The position numbers and the translations under genes were made by a program. A stretch of DNA of 35,685 bases from a virus (lineage: Duplodnaviria; Caudoviricetes), in IMG/VR virus record IMGVR_UViG_3300029448_000162, positions 1 to 35,685 of that record. One strand, given 5' to 3'. The notes beneath the pieces are model-generated. The model was not told where the DNA came from. It searched no databases and was given only the letters and a program-made list of their open reading frames with translations. Positions 1-9,900 of this stretch are shown here, piece after piece. Each line of letters starts with the position of its first letter. Position 1 is the first letter of the stretch.

Positions 1-229
1 CGCCGCCTACTGCAACTTTCATTGTTTTGCCTACATGTGATGAAATATCTACGTCATTGTTTTCAACATAATGACCTGCGGCACCAGATCGACCGCCACC
101 TGCTTGGTCGCCGCCACCGCCTCCACCGGCTCCACCATATATATCATATGTGATTGATTGAGTGCCTGCTGGTATGACTAATACTTGAGTAGTACCTGTG
201 TACGTGAAAATTTTTGTTACGGTTGGCAT
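1..229 (-). CDS. Glycine-rich tail-fibre/receptor-binding-type protein, N-terminal part (runs off the window edge)
   Basis: Not in the ORF track. Manual translation from ATG at 229: MPTVTKIFTYTGTTQVLVIPAGTQSITYDIYGGAGGGGGGDQAGGGRSGAAGHYVENNDVDISSHVGKTMKVAVGG..., open to the edge. It starts 6 nt after the stop of the upstream fibre gene. Confidence 0.75.
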   Translation of the reverse strand, partial: MPTVTKIFTYTGTTQVLVIPAGTQSITYDIYGGAGGGGGGDQAGGGRSGAAGHYVENNDVDISSHVGKTMKVAVGG

Positions 230-235
230 AAGGTT

Positions 236-1696
236 CTACGCCTCCCTTACGAACCAAAGATCTCCATTTGAACCCTGACCGCTAGTAGGTGCTGATGTCT
301 CAACGTACCTGTTACCTGCTACGCTGTTACTACTGTCATCTGATATGACACTGCCACCCCAACGTTTAATAGATTCTGCCACTTGACCAATGCTTGGCGC
401 TTTGGCATTTGAAGTATCTGATGTTGCGATGTTTGACCCTACTGCTCCCAATGTCAAACTGGTTACTTTTAAATCTCCTGTAGATGAATCTGTTGTTAAA
501 CCTTTTGTACCTTTGTTAGCATCACCATCATCTGTTAAGTCTGCAACTCTTACGATTTGAGAATAAGATTGATTGTGACCTGCTGACCAAAAGTCTTCTG
601 ATACATCATAGAACAATCTTGCATCATCTGTGTCTGAAGTTTCTACAATTATACCTGCGTCTACTTCTGAATTTCCAGTGTTGACTTTTATGAAAGCATC
701 ATCTACTGTAATAATACCAGAAGATGTGTTTTCAAATTCACCTGTAATGCTTAGGTTACCTGTAATGGTTGTGTTACCTGTTAAAGTAATATTACCTGTA
801 GTACCAGCAAATGATAAAGGTGTTTTAGTCACTCCGCCATCATTTATTGTAAAACTTAAATTTTTGTCTTGTCTTGTCTGAGCAACTGTTACATCACCCG
901 AACTAGCAGTTATTGTTAATTCTTGTTCATCTCCAACAATTAAACCAGCATCAGCATCAATTGTTAAAGCACCTGTTGTAGTATCTGCCGCGTCTGCTCT
1001 TAAAAAATTTCCTCCAGCAATTACACTTGCTGATGTGTTTGTTGTGCCGCTAACATCTACAGCAGTTGCTTGTGTTGAATTTCCTGAGAAACTTGCACCT
1101 AGTGTTGAATTTAATGTAATACCTGCCGCGATTGTTGCAAAACCATTTGCCGCCAACGGTGTACCTGACGGTGATCCGGCATCTGGCGTAAATGCTTCTT
1201 TGGACAACACAGCCACCCTAATATTTCCTGCATACATTGATGCAATAACTTTACTAATACTAGATGCTGTTACTGTTTCAACTACCCAACCTGAAAGTGT
1301 TTGTCCAGATGTAAAGACTGGACCTAAAAGTTGCCATGCACTTCCTGTATAAAAATAAACTTGATCGTCATCTGAGTCATGCCATAAATCACCTGCTGAC
1401 GCAGAAGTTGGTTCCGCAGATTGTGATCTTGCTCCGCCTGTTGGTTTAAATGATGTACCATCATAAACTTTGATTGAATTTGCACTGGTATCAAACCAAA
1501 GTTCTCCTTTAAGTGGAGCAGTTGGTGCTGATGTTGATGCTGAATTTTCTAATAGTTTAACTAAATTTTCGTTAAGTCCTTCTCCAAAACCTGAAAAACT
1601 TTTTCCAAATAACTGCAAAGATGTGGAAGTATCAACTGTGCCATCTGTGATTGTTGCAACTACTGTACCGTCTGTTTTGTTGATTGTGTACGCCAT
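236..1696 (-). CDS. Tail fibre / baseplate-attached fibre protein (paralog of 1707..3197)
   Basis: 486 aa, T/S/G/D-rich. Repeated 'P..G.LW.D' fibre motifs and C-terminal 'SAPTSGQGSNGDLWFV'. The N-terminal ~300 aa are colinear with the neighbouring gene. Confidence 0.7.
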   Translation of the reverse strand: MAYTINKTDGTVVATITDGTVDTSTSLQLFGKSFSGFGEGLNENLVKLLENSASTSAPTAPLKGELWFDTSANSIKVYDGTSFKPTGGARSQSAEPTSASAGDLWHDSDDDQVYFYTGSAWQLLGPVFTSGQTLSGWVVETVTASSISKVIASMYAGNIRVAVLSKEAFTPDAGSPSGTPLAANGFATIAAGITLNSTLGASFSGNSTQATAVDVSGTTNTSASVIAGGNFLRADAADTTTGALTIDADAGLIVGDEQELTITASSGDVTVAQTRQDKNLSFTINDGGVTKTPLSFAGTTGNITLTGNTTITGNLSITGEFENTSSGIITVDDAFIKVNTGNSEVDAGIIVETSDTDDARLFYDVSEDFWSAGHNQSYSQIVRVADLTDDGDANKGTKGLTTDSSTGDLKVTSLTLGAVGSNIATSDTSNAKAPSIGQVAESIKRWGGSVISDDSSNSVAGNRYVETSAPTSGQGSNGDLWFVREA

Positions 1697-1703
1697 ATAC
1701 CAG

Positions 1704-1711
1704 TATTTATA
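1704..1711 (-). promoter_or_regulatory. T4-type late promoter TATAAATA
   Basis: Exact TATAAATA on the minus strand, 7 nt before the ATG at 1696. A gp55-like sigma factor is encoded in the window. Confidence 0.75.
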
Positions 1712-3197
1712 GTTTTCCTACAGATACAAAGATCCTGCCAACCTCTGTTGAATCGTAGTTTTCTAATGCCTTTCCAATTATAGTGCCTGTTTTAACATCT
1801 ATTGCTTTTTTTGCACAACCAGTGTGTTCACCACTAGTTGTTAAAAGATCACCTTTGGCTATGGTACCATGTACTTTTACTGGCACCTTTCCGACTAAAG
1901 CCACTGGCTGTCCTTCTGATTTGTCATTCATTAGATAAGCAGGCTTATCAGATATGACTCCTGCTACTCTAGTGTCTTGTGAAAATTGACTAATTGTAAT
2001 TTCTTTGTCACCACCAAAAATCACTACTGTGCCTACTTCGTATGTGTTGTCGGACTCGTAAATCTCTGCCAAGTCAGCGTATTGTGCTGAAGTGGCTTTT
2101 GCGTAAACAACGTTATATGCTAAACTGCTTGAACCAATGTCGTATGTTGTATTTGCAGATGGCAAAATGTTTTGTGATGAAATATTTCCTGACATTGTCA
2201 ACGATGCCATAGTATTGGCTCCCGAACTAGAAAGATTTCCTGTGACATTGCCTGTCAAGGGTCCTGCAAATGCTGTTGATGTTGTGGTGCCTGAAATTTG
2301 TAATTTTGTTGTTGGAGTTGTTGTTCCTATTCCAATTCTTGACGTTGAACCATCGATTGTCATGACAGTGGTAGTTGAACCGCCATCGTTGACTTTGAAT
2401 GTTATATCTGTGTCTGAAACTTGATTCTGTAAAATTGCACCTGTGCCATCCACACTTATTTTAATGTCATTGTCAGCGCCTATGGTTAGTCCTGTGTCAT
2501 TTACAATGCCCAAGGTTCCTGATGTGGTATCATTGGCATTTGATCTCAAATAGTTTGCCGCTTCTACTCCACCTAATTTGTCTGAATCACTGGCAGTGCC
2601 TGCAAATCTTAAGTCCGCAATTGCAGTTGACAGTGTAATTCCTTTTGTGATTGTGGCAAAACCTGATATTGCAATTTTTGGAGTGAATGTGTCTTCAGAA
2701 ATAATTGCAATTAAATTTCCATCGTTGTACCAATAAGTTACATTTTGATTTGTGTCTGTGGAATCTGCAATTACGTTGTATACAAATCCGTTTATAGTTC
2801 CTGATGATGATGGTGGTCCTACTAGAATATTATCATTTCCATTATAAAAATACAGTTGCTGAGTGTCTGAATCAACCCAAAGATCACCTTGTTGTTGATT
2901 GGTTGGTTCAGTTGATGAATATTCTGCACCACCAACAGATCTAAAAGTGGCATCGTATACTTTTAATTTGTTTGCTGTTTCATCGTACCAAAGTTGTCCA
3001 GTGATTGGCTTGCTTGGTGCTGAACTGTTTGAAAAATTTTCTAGAAGATGTAAAAAGTTTTCAGCAACAATTTCTCCATATCCTGCATAACCTTTTCCAA
3101 TAAGGCTTAGATCAGTTTGTGTGTTAAGAACTGAATCCTGCACTGTATACTGATTAGGTGATGCTGAACTATTTGTTTTGTTTACTGTATATGCCAT
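1707..3197 (-). CDS. Tail fibre protein with C-terminal intramolecular chaperone/autocleavage (peptidase G2-like) domain
   Basis: 496 aa. C-terminus 'SAQYADLAEIYESD..YEVGTVV..GGDKEIT...DTRVAGVISDKPAYLMN...PVALVGKVPVKV.G.I.KGDLL' is typical of that domain. 'RIGIGTTTP' is a fibre-shaft motif. Confidence 0.75.
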   Translation of the reverse strand: MAYTVNKTNSSASPNQYTVQDSVLNTQTDLSLIGKGYAGYGEIVAENFLHLLENFSNSSAPSKPITGQLWYDETANKLKVYDATFRSVGGAEYSSTEPTNQQQGDLWVDSDTQQLYFYNGNDNILVGPPSSSGTINGFVYNVIADSTDTNQNVTYWYNDGNLIAIISEDTFTPKIAISGFATITKGITLSTAIADLRFAGTASDSDKLGGVEAANYLRSNANDTTSGTLGIVNDTGLTIGADNDIKISVDGTGAILQNQVSDTDITFKVNDGGSTTTVMTIDGSTSRIGIGTTTPTTKLQISGTTTSTAFAGPLTGNVTGNLSSSGANTMASLTMSGNISSQNILPSANTTYDIGSSSLAYNVVYAKATSAQYADLAEIYESDNTYEVGTVVIFGGDKEITISQFSQDTRVAGVISDKPAYLMNDKSEGQPVALVGKVPVKVHGTIAKGDLLTTSGEHTGCAKKAIDVKTGTIIGKALENYDSTEVGRIFVSVGKL

Positions 3198-3200
3198 AAT

Positions 3201-3929
3201 CTAGTAAGTCGTTGTTGTGGTTGATCCTGACGTTGTTGAAGTAGTTGTTGTAGTTGTAGTTCCTGTCGATGTTGTTTCATTGAAACTTGTTAAACTTTGT
3301 ATTCTCAAAGTGTAATCAATCTGTATCAATCTGTTTAAACTTTTTTGTACAGGATGGAATATTACGTGTGTTAAAAGTTTATTGGTATCTGAGTTTTCTG
3401 TGCCTTCCCAACTTTTTAATCCAAGTTCGTCAAAAACATAGTCACCATCAAAATTTGTTGTGTTGTCAAATGCTTGTTGTCCAGTAGGTTCACCATAGTC
3501 CAATGTGCAAGTGCAAACAATATCTGTGTATTTGTTTCCTGCTGTGTGTCTTACTTCCATTTTATTTCTAGAAGTGTCTTTATTGGTTGAACTATTGTCA
3601 TCTATAACTTTGTAGTATGTTTGATTATACAATTTTGCGTTAGTACCTGTTGAATTTGGAGTAAGGTATGTGATCACACCAGTTGTGTCAACAGTTGTGC
3701 CACCGTTACCAAAGGCCATTTCATGAACAAAACCTGTTGTTTTATTGGCTAGTGAGTTTGCTAATGCTGTACTCATGTTTTCATAATGAATAGCATTTCT
3801 CTTATCTACAATGACCTCACCTGTTTCAGGATCCCATATTTTTATGTGTCCTTGCATCATCACTCCTGATTTGTCATCTGGTTTTTTATTTGAATTTTCT
3901 TGTTTATTTTCGTTTTGTTGTTGTTGCAT
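3201..3929 (-). CDS. Conserved virion structural protein (baseplate/fibre-junction type) with Thr-rich C-terminal tail
   Basis: The ORF track starts at 3953, but the ATG at 3929 follows a late-promoter motif and avoids overlapping the upstream gene. Motifs 'MAFGNGG', 'FDELGL', 'LLTHVIFHPVQKSLNRLIQIDYTLRIQ' resemble the phage fibre-attachment fold. Confidence 0.6.
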   Translation of the reverse strand: MQQQQNENKQENSNKKPDDKSGVMMQGHIKIWDPETGEVIVDKRNAIHYENMSTALANSLANKTTGFVHEMAFGNGGTTVDTTGVITYLTPNSTGTNAKLYNQTYYKVIDDNSSTNKDTSRNKMEVRHTAGNKYTDIVCTCTLDYGEPTGQQAFDNTTNFDGDYVFDELGLKSWEGTENSDTNKLLTHVIFHPVQKSLNRLIQIDYTLRIQSLTSFNETTSTGTTTTTTTSTTSGSTTTTTY

Positions 3930-3936
3930 TACGTTG

Positions 3937-3944
3937 TATTTATT
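3937..3944 (-). promoter_or_regulatory. Late-promoter variant AATAAATA
   Basis: Overlaps the stop codon of the 4298-aa gene and lies 7 nt before ATG 3929, the same spacing as at 1704-1711. Confidence 0.6.
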
Positions 3945-6900
3945 CTGGTGCATTTGTTGGTTCTCCTGCTATGAATTTAGCCTGTGATGTTGTAGACTTT
4001 TGTAGTCCTTTACCATCTGCGGCGGTTGACGATCCTGCTGTGTACCATGTATTACCACGTTTTTGCACAATTTTTATTTGTGTACCACTGGCCGGAGCCG
4101 TTGTTAGTGTTACGTTAGGGGTGCTACCATCTACCGAATAACCTCTAGTTAATGTACTATCGTCCAACTCGTGTTTGAAAGACAATCGTTGGCCACCAAT
4201 GAATATGTCTAAATCTTCACCACGAGTTGGAGCGTAAGTAGTAGCAAAACTGACCGTTGAACCATCACCTGTATAAGTTTTGGTTGCAATTGTGTCAGCA
4301 TAAGGCACAGTTTGGTGTCCACCTGCGTCTACTACAGAAGCGCCTGAGGAGTGTGCCTTAATTCCTGTGCCAAGGGTACCTCTTCTAAGTTGAGATAAAG
4401 TATTACCTACCTTGACAAAATATTCAATTCTTTCTTTGTCAACAAACACAACACCTGGTTGATTATTGCCAGCATTCGGCGTTGTTAACACAGTGCCATC
4501 TGATACAATCATACTTTGATCTCCTGGCTCTAGTGCAACTGAAAGTGTTACAGTATTTGTTGAACTAATTCGTTTGTAAAATGTTCTGTTTAACATATCT
4601 TTAAAAATTCTAAATCCTGTGGCATTTGTTGCGGATTCAACAGCAAAATACATAACATCTATTCTGTCAGAACTTGTCAGCGTTATACCATGTATGGTTA
4701 ATTTGTTTCCATTTAATGTAAAATCTGCACCTTGTGTCAAAGTGTTTGTTGAATTCACAGTAACAAAAACATAATCAGAATTTAAAGGTTCTGCGTTTAA
4801 AAATAATTCGCCATTTGGTCTTCCTTCTAAAACTTCTCTTCTTTGTTTCATACCCAAAGCATTGTTAAATGTTGTTGCTGTGATATTATCTCCAGAACTC
4901 AAAGTAATTCCATCTGCGGCAATTTGTGTTAAATCTAAAATAACTTCATTAGCAATCATCTTATAATGATTATCAACTAATGTAGTAATTGCCACTACAT
5001 CAGATGCTTCAGGAACAGTAATAAAATCAACTTTCTGCCCAGCAATATTAACAGTATAATCTGTGTTTAATAATTGTTTTACACCATTCTTATAAACTTC
5101 AACTTGGGCCGCGGATGTTATAGTTTTTGCAGGGTCAACAGTTGATCCATCTGATAGTGTGCTTAAAACTGCAAAGGTATATGTTGATCCATCTGAACTA
5201 TAATATGTGTTATCTGGTCCTCTTAATAGATTTCCATTTACTTCTAGTAAAGTAAGTCCTGCAAAAGGACCAATTGCTCCCGGAGGATAATCTAGACTAT
5301 ATGTGGTTGTTGCTCCATCAAAATTAATATTTTCAGATCTAATCTCGGCAAAGGCTCGTGTAGATGGATCTTGATTAAATCCTGCTACTTGAATTGCTTG
5401 ACCTGCACCCGGCGCAGTATTAAAAGTAATGGTCACTGCTTTATTTTGTTCGGACGTTGTAAAATCAGTAGACACTTGTCCGTCAACTGTGACATAGAGT
5501 TGAGGCAATGCACTATCTAAAGTGTATGTGTCTCTGGCTCCTGTTGTAAATGATCTAGTGCTTCCGTCACCTGTGAAACTGTTTAATAAAACGTAGTTAT
5601 TGCCAGATACCGCAAAACTTTTTATACTAATAACAGATCCTGATGCTGGGGCATTTGAAAATGTTACAGTTTTTGCCGCTGTGTCCACAGTGTAATTCAC
5701 TGTGCTGTCTGATGCTAAATTATTTTGTCTAACACCATTTACAGTAACCATAACTCCTGCCTGTGTACCAGGTTGTTGTCCAATATCGAAAGTTGTTGTG
5801 TTTGAATCACCTCTATAAGTTTTGTCTACAATAAAAGGCACTCCAGACTCAGGCGAAGTATAAACTTTTATATCCAGCGTATCAAAAATTTGTCCAGGCA
5901 CTGTTTCTTCAGGTGCAAAACTAGTTTCTGGTGTAATAAATGCATCGCCATCTTGAATTATGTCACCAGGTGATATTCCCACTGCTGAACTGAAAAGGCC
6001 TCCTGATATTAAACTATCAAGTGTTCTGTCGTCGGTAGGTGTCAATACTTTATCATCATCAAATAAAATTAATTCTACTTTTACTCCATTTGCTGGTGCA
6101 GTTGAAAGAGTAAATGCAGTTGTTGTGCCATCGCCTCTAAACACATCCGCTGTTTGTCTTACTCCATCATAATAAACTGTATAAACTTCTGTTGCTAGTG
6201 GTGCAGTATCAAAAGTATAAAGCACAGTTGAACCGTCTCCATAAAAAGTTTTTACTTTGCTTGAACCAAAATTATCCCATGGAGTATTATACCATGGAGA
6301 TCTATCCCATCCTTGATCTTCATTGAAGGCCAATCCTGTAACCATTACTCCGCCATAATCAATGCCTTCCATTAATTGCGTTAGATCATTGCCTGCCATC
6401 CCTGCTTCTGGGGTATACATACCTAGTGTTCTACCTGCCGCTGTTAAAAATACTTCGTCTCCTTTTAATTTTTGTAAATCGCCAATATTTTCATCAAATT
6501 TTGTACTTGATGCAAAAGTTTTTGTTGCCCTATATAATTCGTTATTATATCTTATAAGTGCGCCATAAGAATATGCAGTATTTTTTGCCCATTCAAAAAC
6601 AGTTGCATTTTGATCAACTCTATCAAATTTCAAGGTTATGTCTAAATCTCGCACTAAATCGTTGCCGAGATTTGCATATGCTGTCGCTGTGTCTGTTGGA
6701 GTTGATCCATCAGCGGCTCCGCCTGTTAACAATATTTTTGGTGTGGCAGTATATCCAGATCCTGCTGTCAATAAGTTTATTTTAGTTACAGAGCCATCTC
6801 TAACCACAGCAGTAGCAGTGGCATGAGTTACATCTGGTTCTTGATAAAGTTTGAAATCAAAGGTTCTTGTGCTAACTGCTTCATTTGTTGTACTTGCAGG

Positions 6901-9900
6901 CATATAAAAAGTTTTTCCTGCATGTTCATCAAATGTCACAATAAATGCTCTTCCTGATCCACCCTGTTGTTGATCATAGATGTTGGCATTTTGTTCGCTA
7001 GTAAACAAAGGATAGTAGTAACCATAATCACCAGATGTGCTACCAGAATTACTTCTTCCTAGAATTTGGAATGGGCCTGTGTTTTCTACAGCGCCACCTA
7101 TAAACAACACAGTTGGTGCAGAAGAATATCCTGAGCCACCTTTTGTTAAAGTTATTGTTTTGACAGATTTTTTATAAGAATCGTTCCAAATTTTGTAAGG
7201 ATATTCTGTCAATCTTGTGGCATCAGCAACGCCATCTTTATCTAAATTTCTTATAGCACTAATTGATGAATCGTAAAACGCTGGATTATCAAAATCTGTA
7301 AACAATCCGTCTTGTGTTTCAGTTTTATTGTACCCAACTTTATACTCACGCAGTTTTGTATGGAACGGTTTGACTTCTTTTATGTATTCTTCAACATATG
7401 AGTCTGCACCAACTGTGTAGGTTTTTCTTTGTGTTAATTCTCTAAAATTATTTCTGATATTTAAAAATGAAGTTTTAAATAACCAGTCAACATAAGTTTG
7501 TTCTTCTAATACTTTTCTTAAACCTATAAAGAATATGTTATTGTACTCTACTTTTAAATCACCAATAAAGATGTCGTCTCGTAGTGCAGTCAAAACATTT
7601 CTTGTTTCAATAGTTGGTTCTTGATCAAAAAAGTTGTCATCAAACGTGTCATCGCCTGCGTAGCCTGTGTTATCTATAGTGTAATCATACAATGTTTTTT
7701 TAAGTTGAATTGTGCCATTTTCGGTTCCAACATTTGTATAACCTGTAGATGTTTTCATAAACAACTTCCAGCCACCTGTGTCTGCTTTTGTTACTTTTAC
7801 ATGTTTACCAATAGCAAGGTCGAGTGTGTCAAGTTCGTATTCAAATGTTATCTGAGCATCAATCATGGTGTTGCTACTGTGATCCATTGAACTACCTGTT
7901 TCATACCAATCTGCTAATTCATAGTAGGCCGATGTTTTGTAAGTCTGCAGTCTTGTTCTACTCCAAACAGTGCCATCCCATTGATATATGGCCCAGAAAC
8001 CGTTGGAATTTTCTTCATCTGCTTTGACAAGATAATTCACAGTTCCACTTAGATCCCTTGTGTCAATATAGGTCAATTCTGCATAGGTATCAACAGTGCC
8101 ATCATACAGGCCCGAGGCCGCAGTTGGCAAAGGTTCCTGTTTATCGAGATTGGTGTAACTTATTGTGTTTGCCAACTGTTTTTTAAGCATAACACTGTTG
8201 GCATAATCAACAATTTCTTTTAGTGCGTCAAAACGATTCACATACCAACTCTGTCTTGGTCTCAAATCAGTGCCGTACCTACGATTTACTGGCAACTCAA
8301 TGTCTGGTACTTGGTTACCTGAACTGTCAGCACCAATCAAACTGTCCCACCATTTGTTTTCTAGTCTGGTAGTTGGTCTATCATCTGGATCACCTTCACT
8401 GAAAAGTTTCCAAACTTTATGATCTTCTGCGTCTTCAACATTGTCTGAATAGTCTACATTTAAAACAACATTTGAATTAAACAAACTGTCTTTAACATTG
8501 AATGTTAAAATTTTATTTTTGTCAGACACAGTGAAATATTTCAAGCCTGATCCGTAAGGATTGGCAATGATGTTAGAAATGTATGCAGTTGTGTTCTTTC
8601 TAGTTACAACACTTTTGCCAGCATCAGGTAAAAACACACTGTTTTTAACCCAATAATAATAATAATTTACAAAACTGTTTGATGCACTGTCGTATCTTTG
8701 TTTGACTGTGTACACAGTGTTGTCTGCATATTTTGGTTGACCACTTATACTTTGTGAAATACCTTGTGTTGTGTCAGCCAAATTTGACCAATCCGCAGGC
8801 AATTGGGTAGATTCAACCCATTCATATACATCAATTGTTGATCCAGGAAACAAATCGCCCCAGTGTTTATTTTTAAATTCTTGTGTGCCTTGTTCGTACC
8901 AAGTCCACCTTGCAGATGACAGATCCCACCATACTTGTCCGATGTGTTCTTGACCCCATGCTACATTTTCATCTACGGTTACTGCTCCTTGACCAACTGA
9001 ATAAACTGCTGGATCCCATTCTGATTTGAAATTTAATTCTCTGTCTGCTACTCCTAAAATTCTGCCCTTGATTGGATCATAATAATCTAAATAATCTATC
9101 ACTTGATTGTTTGCACTATTGAATATGAACGCTGATTTAATTTTTCTGTTGTCTATCAAAGCGTCTTCTGTTACTAGTTCATTCCAGGCAAATGATCCTA
9201 TAGTGTTAAGTTCAAATTTTGTTACAGTCCCATCATTTGATACGCCGCTAGATGAATCATCTTCAGGTGCTCCAACATACACACCTCTATCACTTATAAA
9301 CATGCCTCTACCAAAATCATCATTGGCACTAACATTTGTTGTCACAAGTTTTTGATCTATTACAAATTGCGTGTCGTACATAGTGGCAGTGTATGCGCCG
9401 CCTGAACCAATGTTTTCATCTGTGATAGTCGTATCTTGAAGATCGAAAGTTGTTGCGCCTGCATCAAATTTCATTTCTCTTGAATTATTTTTTTTCTCAG
9501 CACCAATCGAAAGTCTAGTACCAGATTGATTACATTCAATTGCTGTACCAAAACGCATGTTGGTTTGCAGATCAGGTGCTTCTACAGTCTGTTGTAGCGT
9601 GTATGTGTTAGTTGATCCATCTGCATTGAATAGATAATAGTAGACTGCTCCTGCATCTGCTTGATTTGTCTTGTCATAGCCGGGTGCTGATACAAATAGT
9701 CTTGTGCCATCTTTGCTCATTGCAAGATCATCACCAAATGAAGTGTTTAGTGTTGACCCGTCTGATGTGGCTCCTTGTAAAGTTTGCCTGTGTGTCCAAA
9801 CATATTGGGTGCTGTCATCATTAGTCAAACTTGATCTTGTGAAAATTTCTATTTTGCCTGCAGAGCCTGGAGCAATACTTGACACAGCCAGTATATCGCC

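Noticed and set aside
236-3197. Diversity-generating retroelement targeting the fibre genes
   Set aside because: No reverse transcriptase is present and I noticed no near-identical TR/VR pair. The paralog similarity is at protein level only.
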